Shown here: in pieces, positions 50,723-63,536 of the stretch
Layout: each line of letters opens with the position of its first letter
Position numbering within the stretch: position 1 is the first letter of the stretch
DNA from: Phoronis australis
Lineage: Eukaryota; Animalia; Phoronida
Direction: 5' to 3'
DNA: 64,000 nucleotides
NCBI GenBank assembly: GCA_002633005.1
Contig: NMRA01000005.1
Span: 637,699-701,698 of the forward strand
Notes under the pieces: generated by a model
The model's input: only the letters and a program-made list of their open reading frames with translations
Told to the model about the DNA's origin: nothing
Databases searched by the model: none
Program-made: the position numbers and the translations under genes

Positions 50723-51180
50723 GTACTGCACAAGATCTTCAGTCTGTTGAGTTCGAGAAGAACAAATAAAATGTTTTTATGGAGTTTAATCCATAAGAGT
50801 AACTGTCCGATTGTAAATGTAGACAGCAGTAAAATACATGAATTCAGCATGGACATGTTAGTTCTGTTCATTCTCAAGGACAAACTAAACTGAGTAAAAG
50901 CTTGTGAAAACCACAATGTGCTAGTATCGAATAAACACGTGTCCCAATAGTCTTCAGGCTTTATGCACTTTTCTCCGCTACATGGTTTGGCTTTTGCAAG
51001 TGGGGCCATCAAAGTAGGACTTTTATGGTTTTATGGAAAAACTCAAAAAATATATGAAATGATGCAACAGCATTTTTCCAGATTTCATTTTGAGCATTTA
51101 TATCTGGTCATGTTACTGGTGCTGCTGTTTTGGTATGAATGTTCCTTTGTTAGCAAAATTTTATTGAATTACACGGTCAC

Positions 51181-51404
51181 CATGCGCGCACCCAGCCTTT
51201 AATATGGGGGGCTCGAATTTCTGACGATGTGGATCTTTTGCTGACAAAAAAGGCTGCAAGACTAAAAAACGGGGTACCACCTTCAGAACTGTGAACTGTG
51301 CGTCTGTGCCTTTTTGGTGGACTCGTTTTCTGGGACTTTTTGTTTCTCTGTGACGGACTTTTTTGCCCACTTAGCCAAATGTGGCCCCCTTGGGTGCTCG
51401 CCTA
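51181..51404. mobile_element. MITE family B
   Basis: catgcgcgcaccca...tgggtgctcgccta with perfect TSD gtcac. Confidence 0.8.
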
Positions 51405-51736
51405 GTCACGTGACCAATAGCAGATTATTATAAAGTAAAAAAATGAAATTCTACAGACTTTGTATGTTTAGGAAATATATAGGTTTTCCGTCGAGTTAAA
51501 TTTTATTTTGTAGTTCAGTGGCTGAAAGCACAGAATTGCCGATAAAGTCCTCCATTATCTCATTGCTAGGCCTACTTGCTACCTTCCGGGCATATGTTAC
51601 TCAGGCCGATTAAAAAGTCTGTGTCCGGTTTCGAATCCGACAAATTCCTCCTCACTGAATCCAATAAATACGTTTTACAAGGTACCTCATTCTTGTGTAA
51701 CTTTGCTATTTTAGTCACAAAAATGGCTTTTATCAG

Positions 51737-52909
51737 AATAGCTCACTTGCGAGTTTCTCGCTAGTCACTGTGACGTCACCGGAAAGGGGGCAAAACCCGC
51801 CATATTGCTCTTGTTTTGCCCCGAGTCTTTGCTACACACGCTAAAACTTACTGGAGTTCTTATGGTGAATTTTACGCTTAAAACGTTAAAACAACTTAAG
51901 ATATGGTAGATGGGTCGTGGAATAACTGTGAATAGACGAAGAAAATGTGACCTTGTTATGTTGTGCGAAGCTGTGAACGGACTGAAATTGGAACTTAACC
52001 CGCTCTAGGCCTGAATGGCGCAGGCATACAGGGGCGATAGTGTATCCCCATAAAAAGATATTCACTTCAAAATACAGCAAATAAAATCAAATGAAACATG
52101 CATATGTGCACATGAAGTTATAATTAACACATACCCTGACTCTGGACACAATTTAGTCTACAAATAACTTGAGCATATTCATGAAAACCTCGCGGTTCTC
52201 TCGAGTTTCTCTCACTAAAGAGCCGCCATTTTGAGGAAGTTACGTGAAATCACGCCTGTTGACGAACAAAAAGTCCAAGGGACACAAATCTTACAAATTT
52301 CACTTGATATTTTCTCATGCTATTTTGCAAGTGTCACGCGCCAGGTCACGCGCCAGATCTCGCGCTTCGCTCAGTCTCGCGCTAGCCTTTGCCTCATACT
52401 CACCTGACTCAGCTGAAATACTTGATTGTGGTAATCGCGCACGCGGACAAAGTTGACAGTAACCACAAAGTGGAGTTGGAATTCTTCGCCTAATTCACCT
52501 GAATTCCCGTATATATGCTTCATCGAAGATATGTTTAGAAGCAGAAAGAGTCAATGAAGAAAGTAAGAGACTTTTAGGTGCTAATTTTAGGTGTAGAATG
52601 TATTTTCGACGAGGTGAAAACTTTATCAGTGAGCGGATTTCGCCTACCGGCCATTTAAAATACACGGGACAAAATTAGTACAGAACGCGATAGAACTTTT
52701 GTTGTAGTGCGAATCTGAAGTTCATTTGCCATAACAGCAATGCTCTTGGACATTTTTCGAACTAAACGGCTAAAAACTCGAAGACAATAACAGAATACAC
52801 TCTGCTGGGCAAATGACCAAACGGCAAGCTTTTGCCCCACTTCCCGTGACGTCACAGTTAAGTCTCACATAATCTCGCGTTATTGTTATAAACTCGCAAA
52901 AGGCCTATT
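51737..52909. mobile_element. Non-autonomous TIR DNA element (possibly PIF/Harbinger-like)
   Basis: Left end aatagctcacttgcgagttt versus right end reverse-complemented aataggccttttgcgagttt; subterminal palindrome gtgacgtcac near both ends. Confidence 0.55.
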
Positions 52910-53873
52910 TCACTGTCTGACATCAGGTTTTTCAAGCGCCGTTGCACACCGCGAATGGAAACGCAATATTGAAAAGTCGACTACCGTATGAAATGAAGGA
53001 GATCACCTAGTATTAGAATTCACATTCTCAGCAAGTCCATGAGTACTCTAGCTGTGAAAAGAAAAAATTCAGGGGGTCAAGAGGTCATCTTGAAAATTAT
53101 ATCGATGACTGAAAAAAGCAGTCCAGTTCCTGGTGGTTGGGGAAAATGATACAGAGTGTTTCCCAAAAATGTACACACTTCAACGCCTGAAGTTCAGTCC
53201 TTGTGGATCCCTGAGATTCTACGCGGCCCTCCATTGCTCAATACTAGAGAAAAGAAAAACACCAAGGAAGTACAAAGACAACCTTTCCAAGCAATGAGTT
53301 TAATTTTATTTATTTAAGGACTTTTGAAACTTTTTTCGATCTACGATTTGTGAGCCTGAATTTCATCAAGTCTTTAAGAGTTATTTTAGATACGCAAAAA
53401 ACTTCTTAAGTGTACTTTAGTATTGGAGGATCGGATAACAGAGGTTTTTCCAACTTCAGGCTGCAATTAAATTTACTGAAATATCATTTCTTAGCCGACG
53501 ATTAGCTTCTAATTGTCAAAATCATCTATGAATCTATTGATTTTCGTAGATATATAAATAAGTAAAATAGAAACCAACGAATTTGCTTATCAAAACGAAA
53601 TTTTATAAGCAATTTCCGCAGGTATGCTCGCAGATTTTTGACGGATAACCGGGAAAACATGAGAGATGGGGCATTCGTGTATTTTTGCTCATTTCAGAGG
53701 TACATGTGCCTATAACGGTTCACGAGGTAAATTTGAACTCCACTGAAATCATTGTTTATGATTGCGAGAGTTCTTTGAGTACCCCTTTTCGACATGTACG
53801 CGGTCATCAGAAGTAGTAGCATAGACAACAGTGTTTTCCACGTGGAAATTCCTTACAAACAAACCATAGTAAC

Positions 53874-54131
53874 CATGCACGCACCCAGGGGGGCTCGCAC
53901 GAACCCCTCCCCCCATTTGGCGAAGTGGGCAAAAAGGTCCACCACAGAGAAACAGAAAGTCCTAGAAAAGCGAGATAAAAGTCCACTAAAAAGGCAGAAA
54001 GGCAGGAAATCGGCGGGAATGCTCAATTCATAGCTCTGGTCGTAGTACCCCGTTTGATCCCCGTTTTTAGTAAAAGGTCCGCATTCTCAAAAATTCGAGA
54101 CCATTATAATTTTTGGCTTGTTGCGCGCATG
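53874..54131. mobile_element. MITE family B
   Basis: catgcacgcaccc...tgcgcgcatg; flanks gtaac/gaaac. Confidence 0.78.
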
Positions 54132-55972
54132 GAAACCATCTTCAAAAGAGGTACTATTCTTGTGATACAACGGGAAACAGTAACATTATTTTATAACTAA
54201 CCATCGGAAATAGTCCTTTTGTGTAATTCACAAATAGTGTTCTTCACGTTCTTCAAAATTCCACCCCTTCGACGGCGGTCAATCCTATTGTATTTTGTTC
54301 ACATTTTTGGTTGTTTGGGTCGAATGTCTTGATACTGCTATGCTGGGCACGAATGTTTTGTATTTTTTGATGAATTTGGAATCTCCAATTCCCTCGTGAA
54401 TACTTGGCAATGTCAGATTTACATGTATAGAAGGACAAAGGGACATTTTCCCCGAACTGCCTCACCGAGAGAGGGCCCCGTCTGAAATGGGACACCTTAA
54501 GATGAAAGGCTAAACATCATTAAGCTTGGAAAACGAGTCACAGTTCATTCCACCGTCTTGTTGTCACAAAACGATGCAGGAAGTGACCTTCAACATGAAA
54601 GCCGGTTGCACGATTTCACAAAAAAAACAGCAAAATGGAGGTAATCGATTTCAACATTAGGCCCTCTCTCCGTGTGCGGCTCCCTTAGAATTTGTCAATA
54701 AAAACACAAAAAGGGTGGACCCTTGAATATCATCAGTATCCTCCTTCAAGGGCGGGGCCCCTAAATATGAAAATGCGTAGCAATTGATGTTACCGGTCAG
54801 GTTATGAATTTTCCTCAAGTGATATACAGATTCGACATAAAAATAAAGCGAATGTTGTCCCCGTTATCCCTTGCCAGAGAGAGGCCTCTGGAAAAACTTG
54901 TTAAATTTAAAAATCCAATAACTTAGTACGCTCCGCAAGAGCTTCACCGACTTTACAAATTTTCTCGATTTTTCGAAATATATGTACAAGTATGAATGAT
55001 TAGGTGCACATTTTCAAGTGCGTTTAGACGACCTGTGCTGCAAAAGCGGAGACCCTAACAATGTCCTGACCAGGGTCCTCAAAAAGTAAACCCTGCACAG
55101 CTGTTAAATGTTCTCTTAGAATTTTCTCTCTTATCCGTATTTCGCACTCTCTCTTTTCTCTGCTGTCCCCGGCATCACACCTATGTCGGTTGCCACGGTT
55201 TAACTCCTACACCTGAAAATTTTTGGGGGGCCGTGTCCCCCCCAACACCCCCCCCTCGCTTCCTACGGCCCTGAGTTGGTGTCGTATTTTGACGTTCTGA
55301 ACGTTATCTAATTTGAAATATGATTCAAGTATGTTTTACCATTTTCTTTATTTTTTTAAAACAAAATGTTCAAATACAACACATTACTCCTTGCTCCCCA
55401 TTCACACTCACTCCCACAGACAAATATTTTCAAAAATAGTAAAACATTTCTTAATAAAAACATCGTAGCATTTAGAATATCATTAAAGTGTCTACTATAA
55501 CAACACTTCATCAAATGAGTATTAAAACATGCTCAACAACTTTATACATTAAATTGAAAACGTGTAAGGATGGACTGTATGCGAGTTTACAAGATACGTT
55601 GCACTCAAGCTTTCAAACATAGTAAAATTGTACATTTATCTCAAATTAAAAAGGCAAGGGTATACTGAATGTAAGAAGTTCCATGAATTATGATTTTCTT
55701 TGAGTCACCTAAGGCTATATTATAGCTTCCTTTCCGACTTAGTTGACAACAGATCACTGCTTAAGCACTTTCAATTAAACTTGCGTCACCTTTAAAACAA
55801 CCACTTAAAAGGTTTACATAATGAATTTCACTTATGGTAATATATTTACACAAATGACACTGCTGTCATAATAAATTATATTTAAATCGCCCCACATCAT
55901 TGCCACTCTGCAACGGGCTTCCTAAAACAATTTGTCAGTAACGTAAACTGTATAAAACTGCACAATGCCCCT

Positions 55973-57569
55973 TTAATAGACATATAACTTTGTTTTGTGG
56001 ACGTCTTTGTCTAAGCATTCACGCTCTTTGTTGAAGTAATAGAAGCAGCCATCTTTTCGCTCTATCTTTTTGACATATCCGTTATGTGGCCATCTATCAA
56101 CCTGCAAATAAAAGAAACCAAATAAAGGGTAATATTTTGCTTTCAACAACATGTTTAATCTAAATTCCATCCATGGACCATAAAATATGGAAAAATTCTT
56201 CCATTTGGGGTGACAAAGATTGAAATGGAAGTTTAAATTTTCTCTAGATTGTCAGTCTAGTGCTCTTACCACTGAAATACTGCGGACCGATATCTGTTTG
56301 CAGCCAACTGTTATGTAAATATTTCACTATTGGCCAACCTCAACGTCTACACAAGGGTGGATACCGGAGTTTTAGTTGGGGGGGGGGGNCAGGGAAGAGT
56401 ATTAGCCAGGATTTTGCCGGTGAGACATTCACACCCCCGAACTGGCAAATAGAATCTGGGAAAGTTTTAGGGGGGGCCATGGTCCCTTTGGCCCCCCTCT
56501 AAATCCGCCACTGCTATATATAATTTTCCTGATTCTGAAGCTGGTTATTTCTAAAGTTCCACTGTCACTGCACTGAATGTGTAACAGAGTTCAACAACTG
56601 GTTCTGATGGTCACCATAGTCTATAACTCACAAATGATTAGTTCAGTCATAGCTACAGTGAAACTTCCACAAGCTGGATATTCAAATATTAAGTAAGATC
56701 TTTGCTTAAAGCAGCCATATACCTGCACCTTTCATTATGAGATTGGTATGAAATTGCTCCTTAGTTAATGTGGAGAGGGTTTCCAGACTTCAGAATCACT
56801 AACAATCCGTTACTGCTTGAAATCAGGCCTTACAATTAATTTGGCTTCTAATATGTCATCTTATGCGTTGAGTAGCTTTTAACCAGTAATATGAACTGTC
56901 AGTTCTTTGCAAACCTAGGAATCCCTTAATTTTCATCGGAGCAAAGAACAACTTGAGACCATGCAATTTTATTATGACAAGTGGTCCAAATGAAAAGCTT
57001 ATTTGTTTCTGCATGGACAGAACACTGGCTCCAACTCATCAGACAAAGTTTTGCTGTTCCGTTGTCCCTGTTTGTGAATGCAGCCCTCCAGACAAGCCAG
57101 ATTTCATTTCCCTCTGATAAATGCTCTTGGTAATGTGATTCAATCCAAGAGGGTTTTACTAGGTTTACTACCCTAATCAGTTCATAGTTTCTAGCTCAAG
57201 GAGAAGTAGCAGAACCTGGGCAGCATCTTTCATGCAGCCCAAATTCAGTGGATGTCCAATTCTCAAACAACATGGCCTCGTTAACAGGGAGGTGTACTCG
57301 ACTATGACAGCCTGTAACTCTGGAATGTCCCATTTAGCGAGTCCACAAGACGAAACTGTACCATTTGCAAGGGTTAAGTGAATTTAATGTAACCCAAACT
57401 GTGGTCCATAAACAGAGTTTACAATGAACCAATCAATGCTTACCTTCTGTGGTTTAATAGAGTTGTATTCATTTTCATCTTTATAGCCAGCTAATTGAAA
57501 GCGATATGCTTCTTCTACTTCTTCACTCCACTGCTTTGGTCGAATCAGTTTTGTAGGTTGAGCAGACAT
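55973..57569 (-). CDS. MEIG1: Meiosis/spermiogenesis-associated protein MEIG1, 84 aa; exons 57569-57444 and 56101-55973
   Basis: Spliced [35 protein letters not shown]...|[42 protein letters not shown] matches the MEIG1 signature (YRFQxAGYxDExEY; RWPxxGYVKK). Phase-0 GT-AG intron; probable 5' UTR exon with donor near 57956. Confidence 0.95.
56352..56513. mobile_element. MITE family A in the MEIG1 intron
   Basis: TIR remnants and shared core; TSD ctaca/ctata. Confidence 0.82.
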
Positions 57570-59087
57570 TGTGTTACTGTCTGGAAATAATCAGGTAATA
57601 GAATTTTTAAAGCAGATTCGGTACGTTTGTCCATGAACAAAATTGATAAAGAAGGGGTCTAATTTAAGTGCAATGCATTTGCCTATGAAATATGATTTTG
57701 AATGCCGTTTTCAACCTTCCCCACATATTAGCCTAACTACAATGACAGTGAAAATCAAATAATCTTAGGCTGAGTAGTTTTTTGTATGTGTTCCTTAAGT
57801 TTAAAGATCACAAGTGCTAATCAATACGAACAGTCAGTACTAGTACAGTAGTAAGGCGCACGTAAATCTATAATCATATAAATGAGAAATCGTATTCCTC
57901 AAAAATTACAGATTCACAAAGTATATTTATACTGAGCTAACCGATTCTACACTTACATTTGGTATCTTAGCACCGATAGCGAGAAATCGTCCGTACTCCG
58001 ATGAAGTAAGTCTTTGAATGAACCGAACAGTTTAGTACTTCAAACTTTATCGGTGTTTGGAATGTTGCTAGACGATCGGTAAACAAGGGTCGGGACAAAA
58101 TATTCGATCAGACTCGAATCTGATTGGCCAGTCTCCGAAGCTAATACTTTTAGTCTCGATTCCAATCCTCTCTATCTCTCTGTATGGATTCGAGATTATT
58201 ACATGAAATTGTGACCACACGAGGGCGCTGTGTAAGAACGATGACATAAACTGAAGCGAAGGTGTGCCACTCAAATGTTTTATTTTATTCACCTGCCCCA
58301 GTTTGTTTTAAAAATTTGACACTGTTGTGTTGTGTAGGAATTTTGAGTTCTGTATTACTTGTTAAGTCTATTGTTTTGTGCTGTCAATGATATCCAATAG
58401 GCCTAACGTCTGACTTGGATCTGTCACTGATTGTAGACGTTTGCGTTGGTTTGACCACAGACACAGTTACCTTTAAGTAGCCCTCTACAATATATGAAAC
58501 TGAATTAAAGGTTAACTTGAAGTCAAACCAACGCAGACGTCTATGTTTAACTTAAACACTTAATGTTAATTCACATATGTCTGCAAACGTGGATAAATTG
58601 AAGGGAATGTTATTTGTTTGTAATGAGATCTGGCAAAGCTTACTACAACTTTGAAAATATTGGTGGTGATGATGATGTCATTCTATGTGTGAACTCTGCT
58701 AGTTTCCTGAACTGTCGTCACCATTGACCATAAGACATAAGATAAGGTAGATGTGATTTTGAGATTGGAAAGAAATGACTTCAAAATCAAATGACTCACC
58801 AAGTGACTTGGGCCAAGCGTTGCAACTGTACTGACCCTTGAATTATGAGATCTCTTACCAAGTTCAGAAGTTCCTCCTGGCCACAAAGTCAAGACCCAGG
58901 CAGTGACCTGAATCAAAGGTATAATTGACAGAAGGCAGGCTTATGCTTTTACGAATTTAAAATTAAGAATAAACATATGAATTGCATGTTTTACAGATGA
59001 TCTTTTTCCATCAACAGCCGAAATATGAAGGCTTGCTACTGCATCAGTACCACTGAATTCCAATAGGCTGGGTAATCAACCGAAGCC

Positions 59088-61608
59088 ATGATCATTTTCG
59101 TAATACTATTCGCAAATCTTTGGATAAGAAGCCGTGTATTTGGCAAGAGCCAAATGCGAAATGATGTTGGACAAGTTCACATAGCGATTGGGAACACTTC
59201 TTCAGAAATGCTGGTTATGTGGAGCTCATCTTCAATTGAACAGAACTCTATCGCCTTTGGAACCAAGAGATCGCAGCTTGCTAATAATTCAAAGGTTATG
59301 GCGTATCGTTTCACTGAACGAAACACGGCCGGTGTACCATACATCTTCCGAGCCAAGCTGAGCAATTTACTTCCTGGCACGAAGTATTATTATCGTATTG
59401 CGACCAGTAACATCATTCACAACTTCACAACTTTGAGGGAAGGACATAAATGGGGACCTAAATTTTTGATTTATGGTGACCTTGGTCTTGGTACACATTC
59501 CATGCCTGCATTAATAAAAGAGGCCACATCGTCAAATTATACGTCCATTTTGCATCTTGGAGATTTTGCTTACAACCTGTGGTCGCAGGGAGGGGTGCGT
59601 GGTGACCAGTTTATGGATAAAATTCAGCCAATGGCGAGTAGTGTACCATATATGACCTGCCCAGGGGATCATGAAGGCCAAGGAGATTTTGTTCATTACA
59701 GGTTAGTCAATACCTGTGTAATTTGGAATTGGAAAGTGGTCGTCGTTTTTTTGTTGTTTTTTGTTTTTTGTGCTAAAGCAAAGCTGATAAATTCACAATA
59801 CATATGACAAACCTTTTGGTTGGATGAATTCATTCACATTTGGAGAATAGATCAGTTGCTTCGTTCACAACTTCTTAATACAGGGCTTGGAATTTTCCTC
59901 CTTTAAGAGGATTTCCTCTTTTTTGGTTTCAATTTCCTCTTATTTGATTTCCAGTTTGCTCTTTTTGCGCTTCTTTTTTATCATTATTTTGACGTTATTC
60001 ATGTAAAAACATTTATTTCAATTGAATTTTACAACACAGATATACATTCTTATTTATTTGTGGAATGATACATCACCTGGAATTTTTTCTCTTTTTTTTG
60101 TTGGTCATTCCAAGCCCTGACAATAGTACCAGTAATCAGAGTTTGGGAAAAGTAATGCTGGCACAATCATGATCTCAATTTGTTCACTTGTAGTGTAGGC
60201 TGTGAATAATGTAGACTGTGAAAGTAGTTAGGAAAATAAGAGCAGATCAGATGAATGTGTCGTGGTCGCCATGGAGTGTCGACAGCTCGAGAGGCATGTG
60301 CTTGTACGGGTCTTGCCACCCTTGCGGGTGCATTTTTTTGCATTCAGGCTCCCTAGAGAAGAAAAGTCCTTCAGTATGATTTCTTACAAAAACGTTCATT
60401 TTGTAGGTTAGGAACTCAAAAAATAAGTCCGTTTTGCTACTCTACCAGAAGGGTCTAATGTATTCGTGTGTGTGGTTGTATCTAGACTGATGTCAAAGGG
60501 TTGTTTATTGTTTTTTAATTCAATAAGTAAGACTTCTGAAGGTGCAAAATACAACTAAAAAGGGTTTTGTGTTGGGAACAAACCTGTGGTAAAAGGTGAC
60601 GTTTTCATGGAAATGAGCTACAATTAGATTCTTTTAATCATGCCAATGGGTATTTACTGCGTTGACTCTTATGGTGGAGTGTCCCCCTATGGTGGCGGTG
60701 TTTTGTCCATGTTGTGACTAATTTACTGATGGAGTGCATTTCTTTCAAATTTCAGGACACGATTCAGTATGCCTAGCGTTGATTGGCCCTCATCATCTCC
60801 CAAACTGTGGTACACGTTTACTGCAGGCCTAGTGCGTATTATTAGTCTGTCTTCAGAGGTCTACTACAATTCACACACAAATGATGTCAAGCTGCAGCAA
60901 CTGTGGTTGGCAGACGTCTTGCAAAAGGCAGAGCGGGACCGCAGTCGACAGCCGTGGTTGGTTGTGATAGGTCATCGACCTATGTATTGCTCATCTCAGT
61001 TCCCTAGTGATGATTGTCACAGGGAAAAGTGTAAGCTACGGGATGGTTTGGAACCATTGCTTAAAAAAGCTGGTGTTGACATGTATCTATCTGGTCATTC
61101 TCATGTTTACGAAAGGTCCTGGCCACTGCATCAAATGAAAGTGGCACAAAAAAGTTATATCGATGTCAAATCTCCCATTCACGTGACCTGCGGCTCAATG
61201 GGAAATTACATTTTTTCTGAAACGTTCTCCAACAGCCAACCTGAGTGGTCTGCCAAAAGAATGCCAGGAAACGTCGAAGTATATTGTGTGCTGGAAGTAA
61301 TCAATGCAACACATCTATTGTGGTCTGCAATCAATGCATTCACAAAGAAAGTCGAGGATCAAATCTGGATTTCACGAAACAGTCTAAGAACTGCCAAAGT
61401 TGCATTCACACATCCTCGAAATTTTGCTGCTGGCATGCGCAAACACAGTCACACAATTATGGTTGAGAAAAGCAGTTATGCTTTGTTGGTTGTAATTCTG
61501 TTGTTTCTACTGTTCGGAACAGTATTACGCAGACAATTCACCAAGTGTTTGATTATGAATAAGCGGCTTTTGTTTAACCAGAAATCTTGTCATTCTCTTA
61601 CTGTTTGA
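59088..61608 (+). CDS. ACP7: Purple acid phosphatase, ACP7-like, about 488 aa, with signal peptide and C-terminal TM helix; exons 59088-59701 and 60756-61608
   Basis: FN3-like N-domain (LSNLLPGTKYYYRI). Metallophosphoesterase motifs YGDLG, GDFAY, PGDHE, VIGHRPMYCS, GHSHVYER. Phase-2 GT-AG intron. Orthology versus paralogy to ACP7 is uncertain. Confidence 0.88.
59881..60119. mobile_element. MITE with CAGGGCTTGGAAT TIRs in the ACP7-like intron
   Basis: Perfect 13-bp TIR cagggcttggaat...attccaagccctg; partial second copy at 63042-63090. Confidence 0.75.
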
Positions 61609-63023
61609 ATTTTTTTTGGGCGAGTTATAATGCTTAAATTGTGCTCTTAATTTGGGAGATTTTATTTGCAGATCGGATCTCGTTTTTAAATGTATTGTGG
61701 GAAGGTTGTGGGCTCGAATACATCCAACTTGTAAATTGATTTATAACTTGCATTACATGTGGTGAAATTTTAACTTCACCAAAGTGCCGTTTACTCTTAC
61801 AAAGTAACACGGATCAGCTGACACGGAACGAGTTGTTCCAGTGTGTAAACGGACTGACAATGAGCAAATTGATACCGCGGTGACATATTTTTGCCACCCG
61901 TTTTTGAGGCAGAGCAATTTGCGCATGAACATCAATTATAAGTCTAAACGCGTAACTGGAGCAAGGCGGAAAGGATCATCTCTACTGCGCTTGTGCAATG
62001 ACCTTCATACGGGTTCTTTGTCTCTGCAACTCTCGTCATTTGTAAACCTACGCATGTGCGATCCAGTCTCTCTAGCCTGCAATTTCCGTCTTGCCACGTT
62101 CAGTGAGGTGTGTGTGTAAACAGCCGCTTGACACGGGCGGGTCAATTTGCTCCGTGTCTGTTGCGCCGGGCCAAAAGTTGATGTCTAAACGGGACTCAAG
62201 ATTTGATGGCACATGCCTTGAAAAGGTGTCATGGAAAAGATTGTATTTATTAAGAGTATTTTGGAAGCTAGTTTTCGTTAAGACACAACTCTCTATTCCT
62301 GCACTGACATCTGGTGCAGGATTTGACTGCCACCTATTGGAGAGACTCAGCTGAAGTTAAGGTGCAAATTTGTGGAATGTAGTCTTTACCACAAGATGTC
62401 TACGTGTTAGGATTATGTAGGATCTTATGGGCAAGTCTAATATTTAGTAAAATATCTGCAAAATTGTACAAAATAAATTTAAAATACTTATTTTCTGAAC
62501 GTTAGTAAAAGGCCTGAAGAATTTGCTTTAGCCTTTTTACCTATCTGTCAATAGGTGCAGGGACAAAATTCTGGCACGCACCCTGTCATTATTCTCCCCC
62601 CCCCCCCCTTCAGGGCTACTTCACTGCCTCGGGGACTTGTATCTCTGCTCAGGGAGAGGCCAACTTGGTCATTCCATTGCAGTGATGCCATGTAGTATTG
62701 GATCTAAATGTTCGGGATGAGACGTCCCCTTTCAAAAATATTTTGTATTGATTCCACGCCCAACTTTAGGTTTTTTCATGAACACCATAGAAGTTTTATT
62801 TTTCATGGCCATCGTGCAAAAGTGGAACGATTTAGAAACAATTCCTAGCACGCTTTTAAAGAACAATGCGCAAAGCTTAGTATCTGAATTAAGTTCCGCG
62901 TGAATGCCATCCATGTCTGAGATATTGTTCCAAAAGTTAGCCAAATTTGTTCAGTTTCTAAGGTTTTACATAACCTTAATTAAGTGTATTTTGAGGCGCA
63001 CTTTCAATCTTATTTTCGCACGT

Positions 63024-63232
63024 TGGGTGCACCAATCCAGATCAGGGCTTGGTATTTTCCTCTTTTTTGTTTCGATTTCCTCTTATTTGAACGAGCCCCC
63101 ACATTTGGCGAAGTGGGCGAAAAGGTTGCCTCAGAGAAACAAAAAGTCCGAGAAAACGAGACAAAAAAGTCCACTAAAAAGGCGCGAATGCACTATTCAT
63201 AGCCCTGAATGTGGTGCCCCGTTTTTTTATTA
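63024..63232. mobile_element. Composite of MITE family B and a CAGGGCTTGG element fragment
   Basis: cagggcttggtattttcctc fragment followed by catttggcgaagtgggc...gtccgagaaaacgagac...gtccactaaaaaggc, as in 53874-54131. Confidence 0.6.
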
Positions 63233-63239
63233 GTCACCC

Positions 63240-63536
63240 CAGTGGCGGATCTAGGATATCACATGGGGTGGCTCAAAATGTGTAAACATTTGCGCTAAGC
63301 ACGATTGTAGATGCGCATAGCACCGAATGGGGGGAGGTCGGGAGGGGGATTTGCCAACCTCCCGCCCAGTTATTTTTTTTCCTCTAAAAATCGAGCATTT
63401 CCTTGATTCCCGAAGTATTATCCAATAAAAAAGCAAAAAAGGTGTCAGCCAGGAATAACTGTACATACCACATACTCGAACTCACGACCAAGCGGACGTA
63501 GTGCGCGTGCTTTACCACTGCACCACCACGATTTAA
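63240..63536. mobile_element. Second copy (reverse orientation) of the right arm of the 5338-7293 element
   Basis: Starts cagtggcggatctaggatatcaca and shares tgtagatgcg.atagcaccgaatggggg and the tRNA-like segment; homology ends at TTAA 63533-63536. Confidence 0.75.
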
